From a virus, in IMG/VR virus record IMGVR_UViG_3300050132_000112, positions 1 to 64,000 of that record: 64,000 nt of DNA. One strand, 5' to 3'. The notes beneath the pieces are model-generated. The model had not been told where the DNA came from, made no database searches, and worked only from the letters and a program-made list of their open reading frames with translations. Position numbers and translations under genes: made by a program. Shown here one piece after another: positions 1-8,183 of this stretch; positions within the stretch are counted from its first letter, which is position 1; each line of letters starts with the position of its first letter.

Positions 1-240
1 CAGTCGCCTGTGTTCCTGTCGCCTGTGTTCCTGTAGCCTGTGTTCCAGTCGCCTGTGTTCCAGTTGCCTGTGTTCCTGTCGCCTGTGTTCCTGTCGCCTG
101 TGTTACTGTTGCCTGTGTTACTGTCGCCTGTGTTCCTGTAGCCTGTGTTACTGTTGCCTGTGTTACTGTCGCCTGTGTTACTGTCGCCTGTGTTCCAGTC
201 GCCTGTGTTCCAGTTGCCTGTGTTACTGTCGCCTGTGTTC
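1..240 (-). repeat. 16 tandem 15-bp units encoding NTG[D/N/Y][S/R/W]
   Basis: Unit AAC ACA GGC [GAT]AC (AGT/AGG/TGG) counted directly. Confidence 0.95.
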
Positions 241-971
241 TTTAAACCAGTATTGTCCTTACCCATATTAACGACGGTCAATACTTCTAACCATGTTAAC
301 TCTCTGATAAATTCAATTTCAGACGTGCAACTTTTATTACCCTCAATAACCGTTGTGCCATGATCTAAAATCTCAAACACTCTGTTGTTGGGGTCGAATG
401 AATAATAGTCGAAGCAATCTGCAGCCACTACACAATAGTGAAAACCGCTGTTACAAGGCGATACAACGCCTGTATGCTTATATCTTTTATTTAACTCGTA
501 CTTGTACCCACGGCATGACATATCTTTATTAGTGACCTTATAGCCCCTTATTGGTGCAGGAATACTTAATACATCAACAAAGCGTTGAGGCCATGACAAA
601 TTAGTCGGGTTATCTTTAAATAGCTGAGCAAATAACGGTGCTACTTCTTCGGGTGTAAACCCTGCAATACCGCATCCTATCTCTGTTAATAAGAAATGTT
701 TAGCAGGTATTTGATGAACATGAAATGCAAACTTCTTTATATACTCTTTTAATGCGATTAGCGACACTTTCGCCATTTTGGTATCCAATGTGGGTATGGC
801 GAACGATTGTCCTTGCATACCGAATGCCTGACCGTTTACAGCCCCGAATTTGTCTACTGCTAATCTTGCTGCTCCACCCAAGTGGTCGCCGTTCTCATTT
901 GAACCGAATACGAACACCTCATTCTTTTTGAGTTTCGTAATGTTGTTTGGTGTAATTTTCATTTTGACCAT
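1..971 (-). CDS. Partial (runs off window): macrodomain-like domain + Cys/His domain + NTGxx pentapeptide repeats
   Basis: Hand-translated, missed by ORF track: M(VKM)KITPNNITKLKKNEVFVFGSNENGDHLGGAARLAVDKFGA..QGQSFAIPT..TEIGCGIAG..GYKVTNKDMSCRGYKYE..CNSGFHYC..NTGDSNTGNWNTGDW; no stop to position 1. Confidence 0.85.
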   Translation of the reverse strand, partial: MVKMKITPNNITKLKKNEVFVFGSNENGDHLGGAARLAVDKFGAVNGQAFGMQGQSFAIPTLDTKMAKVSLIALKEYIKKFAFHVHQIPAKHFLLTEIGCGIAGFTPEEVAPLFAQLFKDNPTNLSWPQRFVDVLSIPAPIRGYKVTNKDMSCRGYKYELNKRYKHTGVVSPCNSGFHYCVVAADCFDYYSFDPNNRVFEILDHGTTVIEGNKSCTSEIEFIRELTWLEVLTVVNMGKDNTGLKNTGDSNTGNWNTGDWNTGDSNTGDSNTGNSNTGYRNTGDSNTGNSNTGDRNTGDRNTGNWNTGDWNTGYRNTGDRNTGD

Positions 972-983
972 TTTTTAATTTGT

Positions 984-1184
984 TTATTTTATTTTAAATA
1001 ATTGTTCTTTATATACTTGTCCTGATTGCATTAACCTTTTCTTCTCTGCCATGCAATGAGCGTAAATAGCGGGTCCAAACCATGCCGTTTTATTATCTCC
1101 GTAGTACAATTTCCAGTCACTCTTTTGTTGTTTAGGGTGATACTGTTTGTAGACTATGGCGGTTAAATGGCGTTGGGTATTCAT
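984..1184 (-). CDS. hypothetical phage protein
   Basis: ORF in tightly packed minus-strand run. Confidence 0.6.
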   Translation of the reverse strand: MNTQRHLTAIVYKQYHPKQQKSDWKLYYGDNKTAWFGPAIYAHCMAEKKRLMQSGQVYKEQLFKIK

Positions 1185-1187
1185 GGC

Positions 1188-1421
1188 TTAGTACTTATCT
1201 GCAATGTTACCGCAGTCACCGCATAACTCTAAATCACCTAAGTGTACAATGTCGGCACGACAACATGCTGACTTAGCGTAATGCTCTCTATGGTTGTGGA
1301 ACACTTCTTCATTACAAATGATTTGCCCGTTGTTTGTCATGCGGAATTGGTATTCAGTCATGGCACTATCCTTTATCTGCTCAAGCATGGGCATTAAGGA
1401 TGGATGAGATTGTAATTTCAT
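1188..1421 (-). CDS. small Zn-finger-like protein
   Basis: SACC..CGDCG motif. Confidence 0.55.
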   Translation of the reverse strand: MKLQSHPSLMPMLEQIKDSAMTEYQFRMTNNGQIICNEEVFHNHREHYAKSACCRADIVHLGDLELCGDCGNIADKY

Positions 1422-1426
1422 AATGA

Positions 1427-2083
1427 TTATATGTTTCTTGATTTTTTAGTGTTTATTAAACTTATGGTATTAGCGGCTACTCCAAATATCGATGCAATTT
1501 CTTTTTGCCTCCTACCCAAAAGCAACATTGCTTTAATTTCTAAAACCTGTTTATTGCTCAGTTTAGCACGGTGATTGTCTTCGCCTCTTTTTGTCTTATA
1601 TAGACCAGTTTGGTGCCCGTGTATTTTATTTTCTCTATCTGTACACCATTCTAAATTAGATACATGGTTATTTTTTTTGTGCCCGTCGATATGGTTAACC
1701 TGCGGTTTATTTTCGGGATTGGGAATAAAAGCAAATGCAACCAGCCTATGAACCTTTATTTTTTTCAACACGCCGTTTGTATTTTCTAACCATATTGCAT
1801 AATATCCATCTTTAGAGTTACTACCGAAAGTTATTTTTTCTTCTAATATAAAACTCGGACCCCAAGCCAATTTAATTTCCTTTTTATTTACCCCTACTTG
1901 TCCAAATTCATTAACAGAACATTCTTTAAAACCTACACAATCTATAAAATTGGGGGATAAAGGATATTCATTTTTAATAGATTTTGGTTCTTTATTAGCT
2001 TTCTTTTTTGCCCAAAGAGTCTTGTTATAAGCTGACCTTCTCGCCTTAAAATCCTCGATAGATTCAAACTTTTTGTGGTTCAT
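1427..2083 (-). CDS. HNH homing endonuclease with C-terminal HTH
   Basis: VHRLVAFAFIPNPENKPQVNHIDGHKKNNHVSNLEWCT. Confidence 0.9.
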   Translation of the reverse strand: MNHKKFESIEDFKARRSAYNKTLWAKKKANKEPKSIKNEYPLSPNFIDCVGFKECSVNEFGQVGVNKKEIKLAWGPSFILEEKITFGSNSKDGYYAIWLENTNGVLKKIKVHRLVAFAFIPNPENKPQVNHIDGHKKNNHVSNLEWCTDRENKIHGHQTGLYKTKRGEDNHRAKLSNKQVLEIKAMLLLGRRQKEIASIFGVAANTISLINTKKSRNI

Positions 2084-2107
2084 GTGGGTTATAGTGTTTA
2101 GTGGTTT

Positions 2108-2410
2108 TTAATTAATGAACTTTATTTTATTTGGTATAACATGCTCAATTGTGCCATCTGATTTTTCTATAATACCATAAGTATCCATTACCAAAGCATT
2201 ATCGCTATCGGTGCTTTCATATCCCCAACCGTGAAATAAACCATCGGTATCATAGTCTGAACTATAAGCTGCTGTGCCGGGTTTAGTGGTGTATTCCCTT
2301 CGTTCGCTGTATGGTGTAAGTTCGGGCAATTCATTGCCTTCTTTATTTATCCAAACCCTGCTAATAAATGATTTAAATTTTACTTGTCTCATGGTTACGT
2401 TGCTTTCCAT
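2108..2410 (-). CDS. hypothetical phage protein
   Basis: GLFHGWG..GIIEKSDGTI, common small phage protein pattern. Confidence 0.6.
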   Translation of the reverse strand: MESNVTMRQVKFKSFISRVWINKEGNELPELTPYSERREYTTKPGTAAYSSDYDTDGLFHGWGYESTDSDNALVMDTYGIIEKSDGTIEHVIPNKIKFIN

Positions 2411-2559
2411 TACTTTTCTGTATCTTCTCGCTTTATAAGTTTGTCGATTTCGCCCTCTACCAATTTGGTAACAGAGGTTCTTTTTTTCTTAGCTATTTTC
2501 TTAACAGTTTCACGTTTGCTTTCTGTCGTGTAAATAATTATTGGTTTTATTTCTTCCAT
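2410..2559 (-). CDS. ribbon-helix-helix DNA-binding protein
   Basis: KPIIIYTTESKRETVKKIAKKKRTSVTKLVEGEIDKLI; ATG 2559 preferred because the promoter overlaps the longer start. Confidence 0.65.
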   Translation of the reverse strand: MEEIKPIIIYTTESKRETVKKIAKKKRTSVTKLVEGEIDKLIKREDTEK

Positions 2560-2589
2560 GCTTTTAGTGATGATTGCGTTTCCATAATT

Positions 2590-2597
2590 CAAAGGTA
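2590..2597 (-). promoter_or_regulatory. Bacteroidota -7 promoter element
   Basis: TACCTTTG with TTTG at 2616-2619. Confidence 0.65.
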
Positions 2598-2771
2598 ATG
2601 ATAATAATTTAATATCAAAATATTATTACAATTTATTTTCACTTTCTTTATTCTTTCTTTCCCCTCTATCCTACCCCCATAGTAATGTCCTGTTTACTGC
2701 CTATTTACAGTAACTACTTAACTAAGTTTACAAGCTATACGCAATTATCCGAGAGAGCCCATTAGACAGTC

Positions 2772-3524
2772 TTACCTGTCACAGTAACCAAAGGATGTTT
2801 TAGTATAGTTAGCTTTAGTGTTGCACAATATGAAATGGTTTGCCCCTAAATAATAGTAGTCGCCTGTTTCTTTGTTGTATCGGGCGTTTACTATACCTTG
2901 TTTCTTTAGCTTTTGATAATCGCCCTCAGAAATGTTCACTATGCTTTTTTTGATAGTTAAACCGAATGATTTTAAATTCGAGAGTACATTTAAGGCCTGA
3001 GTATGGCTAAGGTTCAAAAGTTCGCCTGCTTTACGGGCTGATAAGTTGGGGGTTTTTGATAACTCATTTTTAATAGAAGATAGTAAGGTGGCAAAACATT
3101 TAACGCTGCGTTGATTTTCGTTCTTTGCTGCTTTAGCGATCTTATATTTTTGTGCTTTTATTTTATGTATGATGATTTGAGCCTGAATAAATCGCTTTAT
3201 GTCGGCTATGGGTACTTGCTTGTAGTTGTTACGCCTTCGGTTGAATAAATGCTTTTCCTCATTGTGCCCGATTAGGTGTAAATGGTCACCTTGTAATTTG
3301 GCTAAACCGTTGGCTATGGCATACTTTAATAAGCGATTGAAGCGAAGTACACCTATGCGTAGTTTAATACGGTGAGCGTCCTTATTTGCCTTGAAATTTA
3401 ATAGGATGGGATGTTGTAGTCCTGCGGATAGTTGTTTGATTAGAATATAAGCATCGGTGTAGTCCTTACCGTGGTTAGACAGTCTGTAACAATCGGGGCT
3501 TAAATAAACGAAAAATCCGCTCAT
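2772..3524 (-). CDS. basic HTH DNA-binding protein, possible replication initiator
   Basis: LSARKAGELLNLSHTQALNVLSNLK HTH; possible second wHTH near N-terminus. Confidence 0.5.
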   Translation of the reverse strand: MSGFFVYLSPDCYRLSNHGKDYTDAYILIKQLSAGLQHPILLNFKANKDAHRIKLRIGVLRFNRLLKYAIANGLAKLQGDHLHLIGHNEEKHLFNRRRNNYKQVPIADIKRFIQAQIIIHKIKAQKYKIAKAAKNENQRSVKCFATLLSSIKNELSKTPNLSARKAGELLNLSHTQALNVLSNLKSFGLTIKKSIVNISEGDYQKLKKQGIVNARYNKETGDYYYLGANHFILCNTKANYTKTSFGYCDR

Positions 3525-3700
3525 ATTTTCTTACAGAGGACGGTCCGGAAAGACGTAAGTTCTTTAAAACCCTGTAATCGATATGAACGGATAACCGTTT
3601 TATCTTTGCTTGAAGTAATTATAACGTGTAGTTTTCCGGACCGTGCGTTTTTAAATACTTAATGATACAAAGATATATATTTTGATTTTGTTTTTACAAA
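3506..3700 (-). promoter_or_regulatory. promoter plus structured 5' leader that sequesters the start codon
   Basis: TATCTTTG 3675-3668 and TTTG 3700-3697; perfect 12-bp inverted repeat 3540-3551/3633-3644; second helix 3515-3526/3581-3592 covers the ATG. Confidence 0.7.
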
Positions 3701-4081
3701 TTAATTCCAACCCTCGCAATCGAAATTAATAGTTCGCATTTTACCTTCGTCCCAATATGCTTGTAATTTTAATTGGAATACCTCTATTATTTCAATTGCT
3801 TTTGGCCTCATGCCGCCGTTGCCCTCTACCAAATGGAATGAAAGGTCGAAATCGGGGTATAGTTCTTCAAATTCACTTAAATACATTGTACCCACAATTT
3901 TTTGTTTATTTTCCAAAAGGTCATAATACTTGCCTTTGATAACATCAATTAAATTATAATCCTCTTTGCTTTTTTTAGGCTTCCTGTCAAAAAAGGTAAT
4001 ACAATCATAGTGTCCACCGTAAATGCCAAACCATATATTTTTAGTAGATATTTTAGGCATTTTTAAACTTGCTGTTTCCAT
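3701..4081 (-). CDS. hypothetical protein
   Basis: ORF track. Confidence 0.6.
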   Translation of the reverse strand: METASLKMPKISTKNIWFGIYGGHYDCITFFDRKPKKSKEDYNLIDVIKGKYYDLLENKQKIVGTMYLSEFEELYPDFDLSFHLVEGNGGMRPKAIEIIEVFQLKLQAYWDEGKMRTINFDCEGWN

Positions 4082-4132
4082 CTTTTTTGCTCTTTTTTTC
4101 CTTTAAAGTGTACTAAATACCCCGATAGTGGG

Positions 4133-4495
4133 TTAATCAATTTTTATAGTCGGCAAAACGGTTAACCAACCCTTTATAACTAATAAGCCAATGGCCGAAA
4201 CAAACCATGACTTTATAAGATCACGTATTTTTCTATTCCAAATATAACTGTCCTTTTCGTGTTCAGATAAAATGTCATATTCTTTATGGTGTCCTACACT
4301 ACACATCGAACCATTATATAATTCATAATTAGCCCAAAATATAGTTTTCTTTACGCCCAAATAATAACAAACAATCACATCTTCAAACAATAGCGGTTTT
4401 TGATTTTTAATACATTCCATTATTGTAGTAAGCAGCAATTGTTGCCCCTTAGACATTTCAGATTTACGATTATGGGTGAGTTGTAAGCCTTCCAT
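4133..4495 (-). CDS. hypothetical protein
   Basis: ORF track. Confidence 0.6.
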   Translation of the reverse strand: MEGLQLTHNRKSEMSKGQQLLLTTIMECIKNQKPLLFEDVIVCYYLGVKKTIFWANYELYNGSMCSVGHHKEYDILSEHEKDSYIWNRKIRDLIKSWFVSAIGLLVIKGWLTVLPTIKID

Positions 4496-4499
4496 TTTA

Positions 4500-4841
4500 C
4501 TATTTATTTACTGGATAATTACCTTCATCATCAGCTATCATAGTACCTAATACATCACTCTCGTCTACTTTGCTGATGTCGTAGCCTGTTCGTTTCCATG
4601 TATGGGCGTACTGAGCGAATTTACCAAAATGCGTATCACAATAGGCGACTTTATCTTTCCAATCGGCATTATTATCACCTCCACGCTCATTAAAAAAGGA
4701 ATTGATAATAATAGTTGCCATATCGTTATTGCCCTTGTAGATGTCGTTTAAGTGCAAATAGTTTCTTAACCGCCATTCTGTTTTATTCATGCCGTGGATT
4801 ACAAGGCGTTCAGCATCTTTATGTTTGTTTCGTCTGCTCAT
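4500..4841 (-). CDS. hypothetical protein (start probably MSRRNK)
   Basis: ATG 4841 immediately follows stop of upstream gene. Confidence 0.55.
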   Translation of the reverse strand: MSRRNKHKDAERLVIHGMNKTEWRLRNYLHLNDIYKGNNDMATIIINSFFNERGGDNNADWKDKVAYCDTHFGKFAQYAHTWKRTGYDISKVDESDVLGTMIADDEGNYPVNK

Positions 4842-4842
4842 T

Positions 4843-5253
4843 TTAGTATGCGTCTGTATAATATTTACCATTAAGTAGGTATAATGAAGCCATTGAATAC
4901 CATCCTCCGCCCTCACAATATTTGTATGGCTGTTTTAATAGTTGAGGTTGCGCTGTATAGTCTTTAAGGGATTTGTTAACAATAGTTGAAACAGGTTTGG
5001 TGTATTCGGACATAGGCATTTCAAAGTTGCCAAATATAAGTGTCTTAACGTTTTGCTTCATTTCAACCTTAACGCAATGTATTTCTGTATGATTAATTGA
5101 AAATATCATATCGGTAAACTTTACTTTACCTTTCTGCCTTGCATCTTCGATTGATTTATAGGTAATACGCTTAGTACTTGGCACATTATCAATTTTAGCC
5201 AATTCCTTTAACATATCGGAATAGTAGCCGGGGTTTTCTTTAGTTAAGTCCAT
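4843..5253 (-). CDS. hypothetical protein
   Basis: ORF track, coupled to neighbours. Confidence 0.6.
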   Translation of the reverse strand: MDLTKENPGYYSDMLKELAKIDNVPSTKRITYKSIEDARQKGKVKFTDMIFSINHTEIHCVKVEMKQNVKTLIFGNFEMPMSEYTKPVSTIVNKSLKDYTAQPQLLKQPYKYCEGGGWYSMASLYLLNGKYYTDAY

Positions 5254-5492
5254 TATTTATAAAGATTAATAGTACCCAGTGCGCTATCAAACGGATTATG
5301 GCTATTTTCAGCCCCTACAAGCGATTTATCCTGTTCTTTGGTGTTATCTATCGTTTGAAACCTTATTTTGTGTTGTAGCACCTCTGGCGTGTCTAAAAGG
5401 TATTCGAACTTTTCAAACAGTTTAGTAAGGTATTCCGTTTCAAACTCACAGTCTACATTTAGAAACTGATAAGTTATTTTGTGGATAATCAT
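5253..5492 (-). CDS. hypothetical protein
   Basis: ORF track, overlapping start/stop. Confidence 0.55.
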   Translation of the reverse strand: MIIHKITYQFLNVDCEFETEYLTKLFEKFEYLLDTPEVLQHKIRFQTIDNTKEQDKSLVGAENSHNPFDSALGTINLYK

Positions 5493-5755
5493 GGCTTTAA
5501 ATAGGTTATCTTATTAAAGATATTTTGCTTAACTTGGTTTATAATATCCTCGGGTACTTCTACCTCTTGAATACCAATGCTTGATCTACGCCTATCAATG
5601 GCATCATACCACTTTAAAGGCTTAAACTTATGGCGTATTGTTTCTCTTGTTTCATAATAATATTCTCGCAAAAGCAATTGCATTTCATCATTTAAGCGAA
5701 ACCTAAATGTTTCTTGAATTAGTGGTGAGTGTGGTATTAGTACGGTGTGATACAT
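5489..5755 (-). CDS. hypothetical protein
   Basis: ORF track, ATGA overlap. Confidence 0.55.
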   Translation of the reverse strand: MYHTVLIPHSPLIQETFRFRLNDEMQLLLREYYYETRETIRHKFKPLKWYDAIDRRRSSIGIQEVEVPEDIINQVKQNIFNKITYLKP

Positions 5756-5757
5756 GA

Positions 5758-5877
5758 TTATTTCATTCTATGTGTATGAGTGCTTGAATAGGCTGGGCAA
5801 AGTACATCACTGCAGCCGGTTAATAAACCCGATAACAGCACTACTATAATGCTGATTAGTAAAAATATCATTTTCAT
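5758..5877 (-). CDS. 39-aa small lipoprotein
   Basis: Hand-translated MKMIFLLISIIVVLLSGLLTG|CSDVLCPAYSSTHTHRMK; lipobox LLTGC. Confidence 0.65.
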   Translation of the reverse strand: MKMIFLLISIIVVLLSGLLTGCSDVLCPAYSSTHTHRMK

Positions 5878-5932
5878 GGTTATTGGTTTTAAGCGTTTAT
5901 TTTGTTATCTTTATGTACGTTATTTGAAATAG

Positions 5933-6130
5933 TTAAATAGTAAGGTCGTAGTAATCACCATTGTTGAACCCTGTACGTGTATGGGCTAAATTCCAACTTT
6001 CCCGCCACGTAGAACGGTTTTCTTCCTGTGGGTTAATGTCTACTAACATTTCGTTAATTTCTTCATTTATGGCGACTATTGTTACCAACCCATTAAACCA
6101 CTTGCTTTTAAAGGTTGACTTTAATTTCAT
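5933..6130 (-). CDS. hypothetical protein
   Basis: ORF track. Confidence 0.55.
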   Translation of the reverse strand: MKLKSTFKSKWFNGLVTIVAINEEINEMLVDINPQEENRSTWRESWNLAHTRTGFNNGDYYDLTI

Positions 6131-6142
6131 TTTCCTGTGTGT

Positions 6143-6313
6143 TTAATAAAATATCTCATGATAAATATGCATAGCCTGTAAGAACAGAAACCTGTCAACT
6201 AAGCTATAATGTTCGAGGTTATTTACAAGGTAGTTAGTTAACTCTACTAAGTCCTGTTTACAGTTAACGCCATCCAGTATTTCAAATACTTCATCTGTTG
6301 AATATGGTTTCAT
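6143..6313 (-). CDS. 56-aa hypothetical protein
   Basis: Hand-translated MKPYSTDEVFEILDGVNCKQDL..; fills gap with ATGA overlap. Confidence 0.5.
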   Translation of the reverse strand: MKPYSTDEVFEILDGVNCKQDLVELTNYLVNNLEHYSLVDRFLFLQAMHIYHEIFY

Positions 6314-6582
6314 ACGGCGTTCATTACTTCGTTTAACACTTCTTTGTCGTAACCATCACTATAAGGGTCGCTAATGGCATATAAAGCCAAACGACACATT
6401 AGTTTGTTTAATTCGGGGTCGTTCAACTGCGAGGCTCTAACAGCCACCATAGACAAAATGTTACGCAATATCTTTAACGGCATAACAACGCCATACATAG
6501 CGGGTCCACCGTGTTATGATATTTCTTTTAATAATGCGGGTGTGTTTACTTTCCAAAGTAAATCTTTTTGATTAGTTGACAT
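6310..6582 (-). pseudogene. phage protein interrupted by an in-frame TAA at 6514-6516
   Basis: MSTNQKDLLWKVNTPALLKEIS*HGGPAMYGVVMPL.. in one frame. Confidence 0.5.
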
Positions 6583-6602
6583 ATTGAGACTTTTTTTAGT
6601 GT

Positions 6603-6869
6603 TTATTTATATTGATATACTGCTACTCTCCTACCATTAACGTTATCATACCCTACATGCTTTCTAAGCTTGTTTAACTGCCCATTGATAGTACGGAGCA
6701 TTTTAAAGTAAACAGCGTGCTGTGCCTTAGCTTTACGCCATTCTGTGGTCTTATCTTCTTCTAAAGTTAAACCCATTGCTCCGGTACGTGCTTTATGTAG
6801 GGTAGCTTCTAAATTAGTTAGTTTATCTTCTATTTCCGCTTGCTGCTGTAATAGTGTGGTAGCGTTCAT
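6603..6869 (-). CDS. hypothetical coiled-coil protein
   Basis: GAMGLT..EWRKAK pattern of small early phage proteins. Confidence 0.6.
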   Translation of the reverse strand: MNATTLLQQQAEIEDKLTNLEATLHKARTGAMGLTLEEDKTTEWRKAKAQHAVYFKMLRTINGQLNKLRKHVGYDNVNGRRVAVYQYK

Positions 6870-6875
6870 GGTTAT

Positions 6876-7070
6876 CTAATAGTTGTTTAATAATCGGTCA
6901 ATAAATATATTGTGGTCAACCTCGCTCAGTTCATCTAATAAATCTAAATGAACTGAATTGCCATCTAAATCATGCATACTTACTATTATTGGATTTAAAC
7001 CCTTTATGTAGTAATGAACCATTATTTCGGTATCTATGCCGTTTATTTTTATTGTTATTTTCCTTTTCAT
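6876..7070 (-). CDS. hypothetical protein
   Basis: ORF track. Confidence 0.5.
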   Translation of the reverse strand: MKRKITIKINGIDTEIMVHYYIKGLNPIIVSMHDLDGNSVHLDLLDELSEVDHNIFIDRLLNNY

Positions 7071-7076
7071 AACGCC

Positions 7077-7286
7077 TTAGTTTAAAGAGCAATGAATGAT
7101 GTTTTTACGCTGTTCATTGAAAGATAAATCAATTTGTTTGTATACCTTTAGATGGGCGCAAGATTGCTTTATAGCGGTTCTAATAGCTTCCTTTTCGCCC
7201 TGCAATGTTTCAACATAAACAGTTTGGCAGTTTTTAAATGTGATTTTATATTTTGTCAAGGTCATAACTATATTATTTAAGAACAA
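7077..7286 (-). CDS. hypothetical protein
   Basis: ORF track. Confidence 0.5.
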   Translation of the reverse strand: MFLNNIVMTLTKYKITFKNCQTVYVETLQGEKEAIRTAIKQSCAHLKVYKQIDLSFNEQRKNIIHCSLN

Positions 7287-7497
7287 CGTTATAATTTTCG
7301 TTCAACCAATTAACCAACTCCTGTGCGCTTTCGTCATTTAATGCCATCCAATTGGTTTGTCCATTTTCGGGGCTATTTATTTTTACTTGAGGTGCATAAC
7401 CAACATGCGGGTTACCAATCTTTTCTAATTGGCTGCGGTAATAATTGTTTAATTTAAGTGTTGACATTCGAGACAATTTAAAAGCCCTTAACGACAT
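7273..7497 (-). CDS. hypothetical protein
   Basis: ORF track. Confidence 0.55.
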   Translation of the reverse strand: MSLRAFKLSRMSTLKLNNYYRSQLEKIGNPHVGYAPQVKINSPENGQTNWMALNDESAQELVNWLNENYNVVLK

Positions 7498-7503
7498 TGT
7501 ATA

Positions 7504-7585
7504 GGCTTGTACTGCCGAATGTCCGTTAACCGAAGCTAACAGACTGGCAGACCTTAAACAAGTGTCTCAGGTTTGTAAAGGGTAT
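7504..7585 (-). ncRNA. structured RNA motif, copy A
   Basis: AUACCCU..CCUGAGA..GGUCUGCCAG[hairpin with cUUCGg]CAUUCGGCAGUAC; paralogue at 8100-8181. Confidence 0.7.
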
Positions 7586-7587
7586 CT

Positions 7588-7848
7588 TTAATGCTCTATT
7601 AATTCCCGTATCATATCGTTTAACGCTTTGTAATCTAACTTCGAGCCGTTCCACTTAATTCTATCAGGCGTATTGCTATCGGTTAGCCCCGCCCATTTAA
7701 TAAAGCCACCATAAAGTTTTTTAGAGTTTGGGTTACCTTTAACATATTCTTTTGCTGATTGATATAGGTTATAATCGTTGTTAATGTGTAAAGCCACATT
7801 CCATGTTTGGCGGTTCTTCCACCCGTTGTAATCTGTTGTAGTTTTCAT
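7588..7848 (-). CDS. conserved phage early protein (YNGWxNxxTW family)
   Basis: YNGWKNRQTWNVALHINND. Confidence 0.7.
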   Translation of the reverse strand: MKTTTDYNGWKNRQTWNVALHINNDYNLYQSAKEYVKGNPNSKKLYGGFIKWAGLTDSNTPDRIKWNGSKLDYKALNDMIRELIEH

Positions 7849-7886
7849 TTGTTTGAGACTGATTAAATGATTAATTATTTGGTTGA

Positions 7887-8057
7887 TTAGTTGTTTAAGT
7901 CGGCTATTGAATAGTTTAACCTATTGGCTATTATTCTAAAATTCTCTTTATCGATTTGATTAGATAGATATATATCGGCATCTACTTCATTTGAATAACT
8001 ACGTAAAAGGCTTTGTGTTGGAATAAAAACAACAGTATAGATAGTTATAGTTTTCAT
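7887..8057 (-). CDS. 56-aa hypothetical protein
   Basis: Hand-translated MKTITIYTVVFIPTQSLLRSYSNEVDADIY.. Confidence 0.5.
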   Translation of the reverse strand: MKTITIYTVVFIPTQSLLRSYSNEVDADIYLSNQIDKENFRIIANRLNYSIADLNN

Positions 8058-8099
8058 GATATTAGTAATTTAAATAGTTAAGTAAATCAAACAGCAACC

Positions 8100-8181
8100 A
8101 GCCGTTTACTGCCTTATGCCTATTCCATTGACGGAGATAGGCTGGCAGACCCCGAAACGCTCTCAGGGATAAACAGGGTAT
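8100..8181 (-). ncRNA. structured RNA motif, copy B
   Basis: AUACCCU..CCUGAGA..GGUCUGCCAG[hairpin]CAUAAGGCAGUAAAC; covaries with copy A. Confidence 0.7.
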
Positions 8182-8183
8182 TT

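Noticed and set aside
1-363. CRISPR array, DGR variable repeat, or the plus-strand ORF 145-363
   Set aside because: Units are contiguous 15-mers with no spacers; no reverse transcriptase or template repeat seen and most adenines are invariant; the plus ORF is the shadow of the minus-strand gene
2692-2702. Third copy of the 82-nt RNA motif (GTTTACTGCCT shared with 8104-8114)
   Set aside because: Only 11 nt match; CCUGAGA, UCUGCCAG and AUACCCU elements are absent
7504-8181. TPP or glycine riboswitch, hammerhead, twister or hatchet ribozyme identity for the duplicated motif
   Set aside because: UGAGA, AUACCC and CUCUCAGG words occur but in the wrong order or strand, and the other core motifs are missing
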